Positions 11,944 to 24,033 of a stretch of 60,917 bases of DNA are shown one piece after another; the first letter of the stretch is position 1, and the number at the start of each line of letters is the position of its first letter. Made by a program: the position numbers and the translations under genes. This stretch comes from Cyanophora paradoxa CCMP329. Lineage: Eukaryota > Plantae > Glaucophyta. Below the pieces are notes generated by a model, which was given only the letters and a program-made list of their open reading frames with translations, had not been told where the DNA came from and did not search any database. Where the stretch lies: contig QPMI01000512.1 of the NCBI GenBank assembly GCA_004431415.1, forward strand, positions 1 to 60,917, in the 5' to 3' direction.

Positions 11944-14900
11944 GTGAACAAAGAAATGCCTCGACCAAGTAATCGAATTTCGAAAAATTTGCAGGATGAG
12001 ATTCTTGGCTACTACATGCAAGCAAAAGTAGAAGACAAATTGACCCGAGAGCAGGATATCTATTTCTTGAGAGAATTTACTTTCAAAGCAATTAGAATTC
12101 CAAAGTTGATTGATATCAGAGATACACTGAGAGGTATCGTAGAGCCTCGTTTGTATCGCAAGCAGGAGAAGAAGGAGAAGAGGGCTGAGAGAGCCGCTAA
12201 GAATGTTGAGAAGCAAAACAAGAAAGCGGAGCAAGCGAGAGAGCGGAAGCGCTTTGATCGCAAGCAGAATAAGAAGGCTAAACGTTCCGCTCGTTCCCAG
12301 AAGAATGTGGAAAAGCAGCAAAGTAAGCAGTTCAAAGCGCTGGTAAGGAGAATCATAAGGGATATTGAGGCCCAGGATGGCGATACAGTCTCGCTTCGTG
12401 TGAGGATGGACCAAATATGTCCCGATGTGTGTGATGGACCAAATATGTCCCGATGATTCACTTACCATCAAAGATTGTTTAATCGAAGCATTACATCAGG
12501 TTCTATGCAAAGGGTTTGAGTATGCCCGCAGCATCAAGAAGTATAAGAAGGTCAACTACTCCAAAGACTGGCTCTTTGCTCAGATCAAGGGATATGAACC
12601 TAAGCCTGATTCCGATTGGGGAGTGAGTTTTGATGAGCTTCTTCCTTTCTTGAAAAAGTGGCGCATCAGGTTCATTGCAATTGGAAAGGATGACAAGGTT
12701 ATTCATACTCTTTCCTTCAAACCGAATCGAACCAACTCTCACTTAGTTCCCGCAAGTGTTTATGTGCAGATTGCAAACGACCACGTTTATGTATTAAATA
12801 AGGATCTCAGTAAACTGGTTCGTTCTTTCAATGGAACTGGCGCCCGTGAAACCAAGAAGAGTATGGGTTCAGCAGCCATGAAATACAAGATCAAAACACA
12901 GTTCAACGATAACAGCTTCTTTGCTTACAGCGAGGAGGATATCATCAAGATCATTGCCAGAGAGAAAGATAGTAGTTCTGAAAAAATTAAGATCACATAC
13001 AACAAGCCACTACTTGAGTTGTTGGGAAGCTTCCGAAAGGCTAATCACGAGGTTCACACTTCCATTACTGATGAGGGAACAATAACCTACATTCACTACA
13101 CAATAGAGGATAAAGATGTAATTATCCTTCCACCAGGCAACATGGTGGATATGGAAAATATTGATGTGAACCTTGCAGATGATGCGCATCGCAAGTTGTT
13201 TGATGAGATGAGTCAGATGATGTATAGGGCGCTTATCAACAAACCCTACAAGAGCAAATATAATCCAGAAACATATGCAGCATTTACTAAAGGGCAACAG
13301 AGTGCATTGACTGGGTTCTTTGGATCTGCCTCTGAGGTCCGAACAATGGTAGAGAACATTGCCTATGGATCCATTGATACTCACAAGCTCGACATTTCCA
13401 AAGCATACACACACATCGTTTCGAAAGTGCTTAAGGTGTTTCCAGTTTTCAGTTCATTTGATAGATTCGAAAAAGTCAAAGTGTCTTGCAGCTCGGACAT
13501 CGAAGACAATTCGTTCTATTCCGTGAAAGTGAAAGCCAAACACTTCAAAGCATTCAGAAATTATGGTGAGGCGAATACCTTGAATCAATACAAGAGGATT
13601 CTCGTCGATTCAAAGTATAACCTGATGTATGGTGAGGTTTTGAAAGAGTTTTACGAGGATATTAAGGATGACATCAGCATTGAGGCAGTTCTAAGACCTT
13701 ATCGGATTGCCGAGAATGTCACCTTGCAGGCTTTCAAGCAGTTGTATGCAAGTCAGCTTTCGACCAAGGAGAAGAAAGACATTGCCAACCATCACATTGG
13801 TCTATTTGGTAAGAAGTCCCAGCGAAAAGCAACCACCTACACCTTTTTCAATAAAAATGATGCTCTGAATTTCATTGAAGAGAATGGAGGGACCCTGAAG
13901 TTTATAAGTTTCGATCAAGAGAAGCCAACACACACATCAGTTAAGAATGAGAAGGACATTAAATCGCCCATGATTTGGTATGTGAACCAGGAAGAACAAG
14001 AACGGGCTTTCATTGATGGTTTCCTGCCAATGCAGTGCGTGATTTACTCCACCATGCGAGGCATCATGTATCGCCTATGCAAGAAATTGCTCTCTGAGGG
14101 AGTGGGAGTCCTTGCAATCAAGACCGATGAGCTGACAATCGATAGACCATATCCATTCGAGCAGTTTGACCGAAACCTATTCGAGAACACTGGAAAGTTT
14201 GATGTGAAGCCAGCAAACATGAACTCGATAACCCACAGTAAGAGGACTTCCAAAAAACCAAAGAGCCACATGATCACATTTGATCGACTCAAAACTCGTT
14301 CCAAACCTTTCATCAATGTTGAAAAGATTGTTCACAAGGTTCACAAGTTCCAGGATGAGTATGACCTCCCAGCAATCGTAAATGCTTTGGATGGGCAAGG
14401 TAATGTGCTGATTAAAGGAGTGAAACCGGGAACTGGTAAGACTACTTTGGCAAAGGCAATGGCCAAGAAGTATGGTAAGAAATGCTTGTTCGTTGCGCCT
14501 ACTAATAAGAGATGCAAGGATTTGCGAATGGAACTAAAAGCAGAGTGGGGGCAGGATGCTCCTGAGGTGATGACTATTTATCGAGCCTTGAATTTGAATG
14601 TTGATGATGAGAGAATGAAGGGAAATGTTGGGAAGAAGGTTTCGGAATTATCTAAGTACGATTGCTTTGTTATTGATGAGATCTACCAGTTTGAGATTAG
14701 GGAATTGGAATCTCTGTGCGATGTGATGACTGTGCAGTTCCCAGACAAACTCTACATCGCAACAGGCGACCCCTACCAGAACCCACCCATCCAATTCATA
14801 ACAGTCAATCAACGAGATTACTACAACAAGATCTTCGATAGACTTTTCAAGAACGAGGTTTACCTGCAGGTTGGAAAGCGTCATAAACTGGCTGCAGATC

Positions 14901-15710
14901 AGAAGAAATTAGACCAGTTATGGAGGACTTATTCAGGACTGAACTACCAGTTTCTATTGCTGCCAGACGATTGGGCTTGAAAGTAGTTGATACATTGGAG
15001 AAGGGTGATATCTCAGTATGCAATTCAAACCGCAAGTGTGCAGAGGTGAACAACAAAATGCATAAAATGATTCATGGAGAGGATCCTGTATATAAGACAG
15101 GTGTGGAGCTGATTGCAAAGGTGCGAATGACAACAAGTGAGGGCATCATTCAGCGGGGCTTTGTTTACGAAGTGGTCGAATACAAAGCCAAGGAAATTCT
15201 CACTCTCAAAGACATTGATTCGGGTGAAGTGCATACTCTAAAAAGCGAAGATATCAAGTATTTCGCATTGACCCATGCTTTCACCTGTCACATCATTCAG
15301 GGTGACACAATCAGGGATTCTCGTGTTGTAATTCACGAGACTGGGTCCCCATATGTTACTGCTGAGTGGTTCTATGTTGCAGCAACTCGAACCCAGAATC
15401 TCTCAGATACTGTGATTTTCGTTGATAAATCCGAGGCAGCCACAATGGTGAAACGAAGGAGGATCAAGCTCAGAAAATCGATTCCTACAAATCCCAAGAC
15501 AAACAAGCCAATCGGGAGTTCTCCTTGGCAGAGTATGTTGATTGGGACTGGTTCAAAAAGCAGTATGGGAAGCAATTGGGGCGATGCAGAAGGTGCTTTG
15601 ATATTATGGATTTCGAAGAAGCCACTGTTGATCGGGAGAACAATGCTATCGCTCACATTTCTCGAAACTGTTTCTTGTCACATTGTAGGTGTAACTGTTC
15701 AGCCCAGTAA
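11944..15710 (+). pseudogene. Large replication protein: divergent PolB-like domain, SF1 (RecD/Pif1-like) helicase and C-terminal HNH-like Zn domain; split by frameshifts
   Basis: PolB-like motifs LDISKAY, KDIANHHIGLFGK, AIKTDEL. SF1 motifs GVKPGTGKT, VAPTN, VIDE, GDPYQ, THAFTCHIIQG, YVAATR. HNH-like CRRC...TVDRENNAIAHISRNCFLSHCRCN. Confidence 0.75.
12405..12455 (+). repeat. Tandem duplication GATGGACCAAATATGTCCCGATG x2 (28-bp period)
   Basis: Copies at 12405-12427 and 12433-12455. This causes the frameshift between ORFs 11944-12456 and 12425-14980. Confidence 0.9.
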
Positions 15711-16766
15711 TGGAGAATATTCTATCATACAAAAAATACAAACAGAAGCTCATTAGTGAAGGGAAGGAATTTGATGAGGCGGAACTGAGAAACAAGTATA
15801 AGAATTCCGAACTGCATCAAATTTTCAAGAAGCCTAGGAAAAAGACTACGTTTTTAAGAATAGTTGCCCAGCCATACTCATTTCAGGTTGATGTCATGTT
15901 TTTCAGAAAGTTTAAGACAGCAAATTATGGATACATTAAAGCGCTTAGTTTCATTGACATTCTAAGTAGAAAGGCATTTGTGTATGCTTTCAAGACCAGC
16001 GAAGAGATTCCGGAATACTTAATAAATTCAAGGGCGAAGCAGGTAAGGTTGTAGGATTGGCAGGGGATAATGAGTTTTCCAGTGCGGTTTATCGAACTTG
16101 GTGCAGTGAAAATGGTGTCGAATTGTATACAGATGTTGCGAAAGAAGATCACATTTCTGCTGGGAATAAACTTGGGATAATCGATCGATTCACTCGAACC
16201 TTCAAACAATACATGAACAAACTCATGGTCTCGAGGAATACTTCGAAGTGGGTCGAATTAATCCCAGATGTGCTAAAGGCTTACAATAACTCGCCTCATT
16301 CATCACTGAACAATGATTCCCCAAACCAAGTGTTTGCAAGTCCACAGAAGCAAATGTTTATTTTCCTAAAAACCACCAAGCATAACATGGATGTTAAAGA
16401 GAATCAACCCGATAAAATCAAACCAGGAGATACTGTAAGAGTTTTAGAGGAGAGAGGTGCATTCTCAAAGGAAGGCCCAGGTTCAGTCAGAAGATTTACA
16501 AAGTAGCTGGGAAAGATGCTAATCGATTCAAGGTGCTTGAAGATAATGGAGATGATGCAGAGGAATTAAAGAGACGTTTTAAGCAACAAGAGTTACAGAA
16601 AGTGAAACGAGATGAGATAATGAAAATTCCACAGCAAATGAGGATTCAAGCTGTAAAGAAAACAAACACAGTGAATCGAAAAGTTGCAAAAGAGGGAATC
16701 AAACCAAATCGCAGCAAAGTTGTTAGAAAAAGGTATCAATTAAGAAGCGGATTAACTAAAAGGTAG
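15710..16766 (+). pseudogene. rve (retroviral-type DDE) integrase of PLV-B, frameshifted
   Basis: FQVDVMFF, IDILSRKAFV, GDNEF, IIDRFTRT, YNNSPHSSL, KPGDTVRV. Confidence 0.9.
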
Positions 16767-16769
16767 TTG

Positions 16770-16957
16770 GGTGTAATGCATATAACTTCGATTGATTAGA
16801 TTTTAGATATAACTTCGATTAAATAAAATAGATTGTGACTGAGGCTTACTGAGATTTACTGAGATTGGGGATTGGGTTACTGGGAATCATGCGGATATTG
16901 CTTGAAGGGGCAAATTATATTGGGGTAATTTTTGGGTGTAATGCTCACAGCTCAGCT
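16770..16957 (-). repeat. Right TIR of PLV-B
   Basis: Reverse complement of 5943-6130, followed by TACAAA. Confidence 0.95.
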
Positions 16958-16963
16958 TACAAA

Positions 16964-18854
16964 GCCTGAGGAACCTAAGCAAACGGTGGCGCCCAAGTCT
17001 GTTAAGGACAAGCCCTGTAAAGAACCTGTGAAGAAGAAGGAGGAGGTGTTGGAGGATCTCAAAGATAATAAGGTTTCGTTTGAACTGTTGCAAGAAGTCA
17101 TTATGAGCCTCAGTGGCGAGCGAGCTAATGAATATAAGACATGGATCGACGTAGGTATTGCTATAATCAATACTTGCGAAGACAACAATATCCCTCGCAA
17201 GCAACAAGTAGAGCTATTTCATAAGTTCTCGGAGAAAAGCGAAAAATATGAATATGATGACTGTCATGAGAAGTTCATGAGCCTTTGCAAAGGCAAGAAA
17301 ATGGTGGAAGGGAAGCGAGTCACATTCGGTTCGATTGTTTACTGGCTGAAAAGGATAACAGCGACAGTTATAATAAGCTATTCCCAAGAAATATTCGTTT
17401 CAGCCTGAGGATTCCGACGATATTGACTACAAGACTGCCCCCATTCCACCTATGGTCGATAGCTTTGAAGTCCATCTGCGATATTTAAATGCGAGGCTGC
17501 ATCACATCGAGAGCATCGGCACTGTCATGTATTGGGATGAACAGCTATTATCCTGGCGACCGAAAGATATTACGAAATTGGCGACCAAACATTTTCCCCA
17601 TCTGTTTCACAAGGTGATTCTCAATGAGGGGACTGAGAACCAAACCGAAAAGTGGGTAAAAACGCTACCTGAATGGATTACTGACCAAGGGCGACACGAT
17701 CCACTTATATGGATTTCCTGCCGCCTCCTGCAAAGCTGAGCGCGAAATGCAAGTCTGTGTTTAATCTCTACCCTGGATTCAAGATTGATCATGAAGAATT
17801 CGAGGAGCCGCCCCCCGAGGATGTGACAGAAGAGATGATTCAGCCTTTTCTGACACATCTATATTTAATGTCAGGCGAAGATGATAAGACATTCGATTAT
17901 CTTAAAAAGTGGTTTGCCCACATGATGCAAAAGCCGGGGGAACTAAATAACGTGTCCCTCATCTTCCTAGGTCGCCAAGGCGCTGGAAAGAATATGCTCA
18001 TTGATACCTTTGAGAAGAAGATCCTCGGTGATGCATTGGCATACTCGACAGCCAAGCCAAAGGATGATTTATTCGGGCGGTTTGCTCACAATCGGGAGGA
18101 TAAGATTCTGATCGTTGTAAATGAAGCTTCCGGAAAGGACACCTTTGAACATAGCGACCTTCTCAAAGATATAGTCACAGCCCCGAAGATTGTAATTGAG
18201 CACAAAGGAATAGACTCGTATGATAAGAAGAATTTCGCGCGAATCGTTTTCACAAGCAACAATACTGTCCCTGTCAAGATCGAGGCTGATGATCGTCGCT
18301 TTGTGGTCATTGAGGTGAGTGACAAACAGCGCTGTAATAAGGATTATTTCGCCCCGCTTGTTGAGTGGCTGAATGATATGAGAAATATTCGAAATATCGT
18401 TCAGTATCTCAGGACGAAAGTAAATTGCGAGAAAGTCAATTGGAGTCAAGACAGACCGCTAACAAACCGATACTACTTAGTTCAGCAAGCGGCTGCACCG
18501 ATTATTCTTATGTTTGCGAAGTGGCTTGTCGATAGTGAGCGGGTTACAGAGCTGAAAACCAAGCTGGGCGGTCTTGCATCGACATGGGAGCTGTTCAAAG
18601 ACTTCATCTCTGAAAACAAATATAAAAACGATTATAATAGCAAGCGGTTCTATACTGAGATGCGCACGAATACATATATTCAAGTGAAAACGACCAATGG
18701 AAAATCTAACTATCACTTCCTGTGGAATGAGATGATGTCTGAATTCCGAAAGTTGAAGCTTATCGATGATGATTCGATTAAAGAAGATGATTCTCCTCAG
18801 CCGCAACCAAAGAAAAGGGGCACCAAATTCGAGGATTCAGATGTGGAAGCCTGA
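16964..18854 (+). pseudogene. C-terminal part of the PLV-A primase-helicase: PriCT-2 plus D5-like SF3 helicase, frameshifted
   Basis: PriCT-2 'RANEYKTWIDVGIAI...FHKFSEKSEKY...VTFGSIVYWLK'. SF3 motifs GRQGAGKN, VVNE, FTSNN, DDRRF. Confidence 0.88.
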
Positions 18855-19071
18855 CCCCACCCTACACCCCACCTGGTTTCATTCTAACATTGATATATCT
18901 TATTTTTATAACTTAAAACACATTGAATTTCAGTGTAAATCATGGTTGTTAATACAGGGTGGGGAGGGTGGGGTTGGGTGGGGTCTTTTTTGCCCAAAAT
19001 GTTTGGGTGGGAGAATTTTTTATTGGAACTCAAAAAATGCCCCACCTCACCCCACCCTCCCCACCCTATCG
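18855..19071. repeat. G-rich/C-rich inverted-repeat module, copy 1 (putative origin, G-quadruplex-prone)
   Basis: Arm AGGGTGGGGAGGGTGGGGTTGGGTGGGGTCTTTTTTG (18956-18992) pairs imperfectly with CAAAAAATGCCCCACCTCACCCCACCCTCCCCACCCT (19031-19067). The module starts immediately after the helicase stop codon. Confidence 0.8.
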
Positions 19072-19112
19072 AAAAACAAAAAACGTCAGTAAGCTAACTT
19101 AGGCACTTGCCA

Positions 19113-19607
19113 TTAATGGTATTGTTGCAAGCTCCCAATACGACAAACTGGACAGGTAAAACGTTGTTTATAAGTCATTTTGGATATGCAAGATTCACAC
19201 ACAGAACTATTACACTGCGCACAAGCTAAATCTTCCGTTTCTATAACCTCTAAACAAATCACACACTTAACTTCCCCATCTTGTTTTTTAGAATAGCCGG
19301 ATATAACATTTTGTATTACCTCAATGCATTTCTCTTTCGTAATGTCAAGTGGTATTAACATTTTATATCCTTTGTAAACCAATGCGCATATGTGCTGCCT
19401 ATGCGGATGGTAAAACTGGGAAGCCATATTAAGATGTAAAAACATGTCCTGATGTTTACGCGTTTGTGATATAACAAAGATTACCTTCTTACGCGCATTC
19501 TTCTTTTCCCATTTGAGATAGTTCTTGTCTGTGCATTCTTTTGTTGCTTCTGTTACGGGAATATTTGTAAGTGTCTTACAATATTCTATTATCTCTTGGG
19601 TATTCAT
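19113..19607 (-). CDS. RING-finger-like protein (PLV-A)
   Basis: CVIC...CAQC...CESC...CPVCR. Confidence 0.8.
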   Translation of the reverse strand: MNTQEIIEYCKTLTNIPVTEATKECTDKNYLKWEKKNARKKVIFVISQTRKHQDMFLHLNMASQFYHPHRQHICALVYKGYKMLIPLDITKEKCIEVIQNVISGYSKKQDGEVKCVICLEVIETEDLACAQCNSSVCESCISKMTYKQRFTCPVCRIGSLQQYH

Positions 19608-19737
19608 TGTGTTTCTCTATATCTGATACACATAAAATGTTTTCCTATGTGTCATTTTTTTGAGTTGTCCTTAAATATGTTTCCACATTTTTGAACGCGT
19701 CCTTTCCCGAAATAAAAATGTTCCCTTAAAGTAAAAG

Positions 19738-22700
19738 ATGCCCCGCCAAACTAATCGCCTTATAAAAGAGAAAAAAGACGAAATATTAGGCTTGTTAGGT
19801 AGTCTTTTAGTCACTGGCGAGATCACCGAAGCCGAATACGATCGGAGGGCGGCGATCTTAGATCGAAAACCCCGCTTAGCTAACCTTGGAAATATTGCCG
19901 ACGAGCTCTATAATCGCCTGGAAAATGTGGAGCGCTTCTATACCGAAGGGCGGCGCTTAGCCGTCATAGAACCCGATGAGGAAGACGGTTTTGCAATGAA
20001 TAAAGCATACGCCTGGTATAGCTATAAGGCGGATGAACAGATAATCGTAGATCCGGTGGAATTTCTCACTACCATCGCTGCAAACCTGCCTGGGCGGCTG
20101 AAAGAACGGCTGGACGAGCTTAAAGCTATTAAGGTGCGCCTTACTTTCATCTGCCGATATGTAAAAGTGAGTGATCCTAACGTTTTTATCACTAAACACA
20201 TTTATAGCGATTATTTCGTAATCACAAGGTCGCGCAATATTCTCACTGAGTTAGTGGGTGTAGCTCAGCAAATGAATGAACAGATGATACAGGTCGACAG
20301 CTATCGGCTCAGTAAATTAGATAAGCTACATGTCGTCGTTTTATCATATGCGCCGATGGGCGGTTGCTACATTGAGACCCCGAATGGATTGGATTAAAGC
20401 GAGCCACAGTAAATATTAAGAATATCGATGGTCACGACTGCTTTAATTACGCTATCCTCGCATGGCTGCACAGAAACGACATAAACAGACACAAACGTAA
20501 TGATCCGTTCCAATATAGGCGGTGGATGACTGAGCTGGACTTCTCAGGCATTAATTTCCCGGTGGCTTGCGATGCTGCATTAATAGATCGTTTCGAGGAC
20601 AATAATCCCGAGCTGTCAATTAATATATATGGCGCCGACAATGCGACCCAAACCTTTTATCCACTGCACATGTCAAGTAATCCGCGTCGTAAATCGAAGG
20701 TAAACCTGCTGCTGATCGAGGACGCAAACGGACAGGGTCACTATATTACGATTATGTCACTGAGCCGCCTATTAAAGACCACCTTTGATAAAGCAAACGA
20801 CGGGCGCATTTTCTACTGCGAAACCTGCTTGTCCCGGTTTAGATCACAGGAGAAACTCGATAGCCACACCGACTCTAATCGCTGTATCGATTGGCGGCTG
20901 AGTAAAGGTAAATGCCCGGAGCCCGGAAGCTTTATTACTTTCGGACTGCAACACCTAAGGAAAATGGTGTGGCTTCCTACTGTCTGCTACTGCAAGGTAG
21001 AGATGGAGTCGGTGCCGGTTCCTAATGAACCAAATCGAACCAAGCGAGAGGTAAAGTCGGTGGCACTTAATGTAGTTATGGGCTCGCATGTTGAAAATCA
21101 CGAATTCGAGGGCGTGGATCCGCTGGGTCAGATGTTTACCACGTTAGGGGAACTGTGCCGCGAGATGTTTAATACCCTATTTACTAATACACCTATGATT
21201 CCGCTCACAGAGGCGCAAAAGCAAGCCTATAAAATCACCAAACACTGCTATATATGCAATCAGCGATTTACCCACGAAAACTTCCCTGTGCGCGATCACT
21301 GTCACCAAAGCGGCGATTATATAGGGAAAGCTTGCCGAAAATGCAATTTACACAGGCGGATCTCAAAGCAAACGAAAGTAGCCGTGGTCATTGATCGGAT
21401 GGACGAGTGCGGGCATGCTATATTCAGGAAAATCGCACAGCAAGACGACAAGCTGCGGGTCGAGATCCTAAGTAAGAATTTCGACGAGTATCTCTCTTTA
21501 CAGTGGGGACTTTACAAGTTTATAGACGCCTCGAATTTCATGGATTTTCAGGCGTCCGATGTTAATGATCTCATGGTAAAATTCGGTAAATTCAGCATGC
21601 TCGCCCATGAGCAATACGGACTGGATCCCACGCATTATGTGAGCGCACCGGGACTATCGTGGGACGCGATGTTAAAGCATACGAGGGTCGCAATAGAACA
21701 GATCAGCGATGCGGATCAATACGAATTTATTGAGCGGGCAATTAGGGGCGGCTTTGCGACCATGCCCACACGATATGCCGATGCTAATAGCGAGGATAAA
21801 CATATAGTGCTATTGGATGCGAATAATCTATATGGCTATGCGCTAAGTCAGCCTTTACCGGTCGGGGACTATCGCTGGGACGACACGAGCACAGCTTTTA
21901 CCGAGGTTGTAGGGCGGAGTGCATTTATAGAGGTCGACCTTGCGTATCCGGACTATTTAAAGGGCGACCATCGCGATTTCCCGCTGATCGTGAGTAAAGA
22001 GGTAATTACTGCGGACATGCTCGGGAAATATCAGCGTGGGCTTTTGGAGATTAGCGGCGAGAAGCTCAGTAAAGATCCGAAGCTGATCGCCTCGTTTACT
22101 CCGAAATATAATTACGTGGTGTCTCAGCCGATGCTGCTCTATATGGTAAAAAAGGGGATCGTAGTTACTAAGATCCACCGTGTGCTCTCGTTTGCAACCG
22201 CTGCATTTATGAAGCCCTATATAGATCTGAACACGAAGCTGCGAAAGGAAGCCCGGAATAAATTCGAGAGCGACTTCTTTAAATTAATGAACAATGCTAT
22301 TTACGGTAAATGCCTGGAATCGTGTCGAGGGCGCTCAGTGGTAAAGATCGCGAATAGCACGAAGCTGTTTAAGAAATACGCCGCGAGCCCACTGGTAAAA
22401 GCGACGAATGTATTAAACGAAAGCGCTGTTGCATTCGAAATGTATAGTAAACACGTAAAACTCGATAAACCGGTGGCTATTGGCGCTTATGTGCTGGATG
22501 CCGCGAAGCTGCATAATTATAGCTTCTTTTACGACGTGATCCGACCCACCTGGTCGCAAGCTCAGCTGCTGTTCCACGATACCGACTCGTTCTGTCTGTA
22601 TATAGAGAGCGCGAATCTGGAAGCGGGCATGCGAGAGATCAGCCCTCATTTAGATTGCCCTTATAGCCCCGAGAACCGGATGGTTCCCGGTAAATATAAA

Positions 22701-23000
22701 AATGAGATGCCCGACGTCAAGATAGTGGAGTATGTGGGGCTGCGACCGAAGCTATATGCTTTCCGCACTGAGAGCTACGACAAGGTAAAAATGAGCGGGA
22801 CAGCCTCGAAAGAGGTGCATTTCGACGACTTTAAGCGCTGCCTATTTGACGGGATCACAAAAACAGTAACAGTAGTAAACAAGCAACGGCGATGCCACCA
22901 CTTATATGATTTGGAGAGCAAGCGGATAGCGCTGACCCAATTCGATGGCAAGCGCTGCATATCAGGCGACGGCATACATAGCCTTCCATTCGGCTGTTAG
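19738..23000 (+). CDS. polB: Protein-primed family B DNA polymerase (Polinton/PLV type) with EndoVII-like insertion; one frameshift near 20380
   Basis: N-terminal GGCYIETP..I..KRATVNIKN..CF. VRDHCH...ACRKCN. Motifs LDANNLYG, KLMNNAIYGK, HDTDSF, GLRPKLY. Confidence 0.93.
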
Positions 23001-23403
23001 TCGTCTATCTTATCATGCGTTCTTTTTCTTGGTTTGCGCTCTAATTGAAGGAGCTGTCGCCTTAGGATATGTAAAAGCCATATGCACTTTAATCCGGGGT
23101 CGTCAGGGTCGATTAGGAAGTAATTGGGGATCGGGTGCGCGTCCCATATCGGGGCGTCCATTTTACTGTTTACTGCGCCTTTTTTATTGCGCGTTTTACA
23201 GTATTTACTTGTAAAGTTTACAACAATTGTGAAAATCTTGACAATAAACGCTCAGGTAGCCTGATTTTATTGACAGTAAACGTGAGAATCTCACCGCGGA
23301 TCGTCAAAAATTGAAAGCCCCGTGGGCAACGCAAAATGATTTAAGGAGAACGCGCTACATTTAGGCAACAGGAAAATATTTTCTCAGCTTAAAGTAAAAG
23401 GCA

Positions 23404-24009
23404 ATGGCTTATCGCTTTAATGGTAACCCTATCATTAGTTTCCCTCTCTCTGAAATGTCATTAAACATGGTGGAACTGTTAGATGTCATTTTCTCCTTTG
23501 ATAGTGAGCATGTTCAATTCTCATTTGTGAATACATACATTCGTAGAGAAGATGTGAAGTCGATTGGCTTCTTCATTGAAGAACCGCATAAAATAGTAAT
23601 CCGATCATCAGATAACGTATTCGCTTATGTTAAAGCCACTGGGAACCCTTACAGATATAGGTATAATATCATCCTGGTCGATGATGATACAGGAGGATAT
23701 TTACCTGTTGTGGATTTCTGGGGTCATGTTAGATGCACTCAGTATAGCATGGTAGATGTAGTGAGAGCCATGAAGCGTGAGCATGAACAACAACCGATCG
23801 ACATTCTATATTTCCATGTTAAACGCGATCTGTCCAAATATCATCGGAAATTCGAAGAGCATGGAATTAATATTACACGCCGCACAACGTTGCGTAAATT
23901 CTTAAAAGATAATGGAGCGAAGTGGAGTCGTAACAGCCACATGTGGTATATAAATGGAGCCAACCGAAATGGTGTCGTTGCTAATATCTTCTTCTCTGAT
24001 TTACCGTAA
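23404..24009 (+). CDS. Hypothetical protein
   Basis: Intact 201-aa ORF with AAAATTGA (23307-23314) and the PLV-A motif upstream. Confidence 0.65.
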   Translation: MAYRFNGNPIISFPLSEMSLNMVELLDVIFSFDSEHVQFSFVNTYIRREDVKSIGFFIEEPHKIVIRSSDNVFAYVKATGNPYRYRYNIILVDDDTGGYLPVVDFWGHVRCTQYSMVDVVRAMKREHEQQPIDILYFHVKRDLSKYHRKFEEHGINITRRTTLRKFLKDNGAKWSRNSHMWYINGANRNGVVANIFFSDLP

Positions 24010-24033
24010 ACAAACAAAACCTTCTATTGCCTC

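Larger units (their letters stand above)
5943..16957 (+). mobile_element. Complete inner Polinton-like virus (PLV-B), 11,015 bp
   Basis: 188-bp terminal inverted repeats, 5'-AG...CT-3' termini, 6-bp TSD TACAAA at 5937-5942 and 16958-16963. Contains MCP, penton, ATPase and integrase. Confidence 0.95.

Noticed and set aside
5943-16957. Classification as a canonical Maverick/Polinton or lavidavirus virophage
   Set aside because: No adenoviral-type cysteine protease or canonical pPolB is recognisable in the complete element; gene content fits a PLV.
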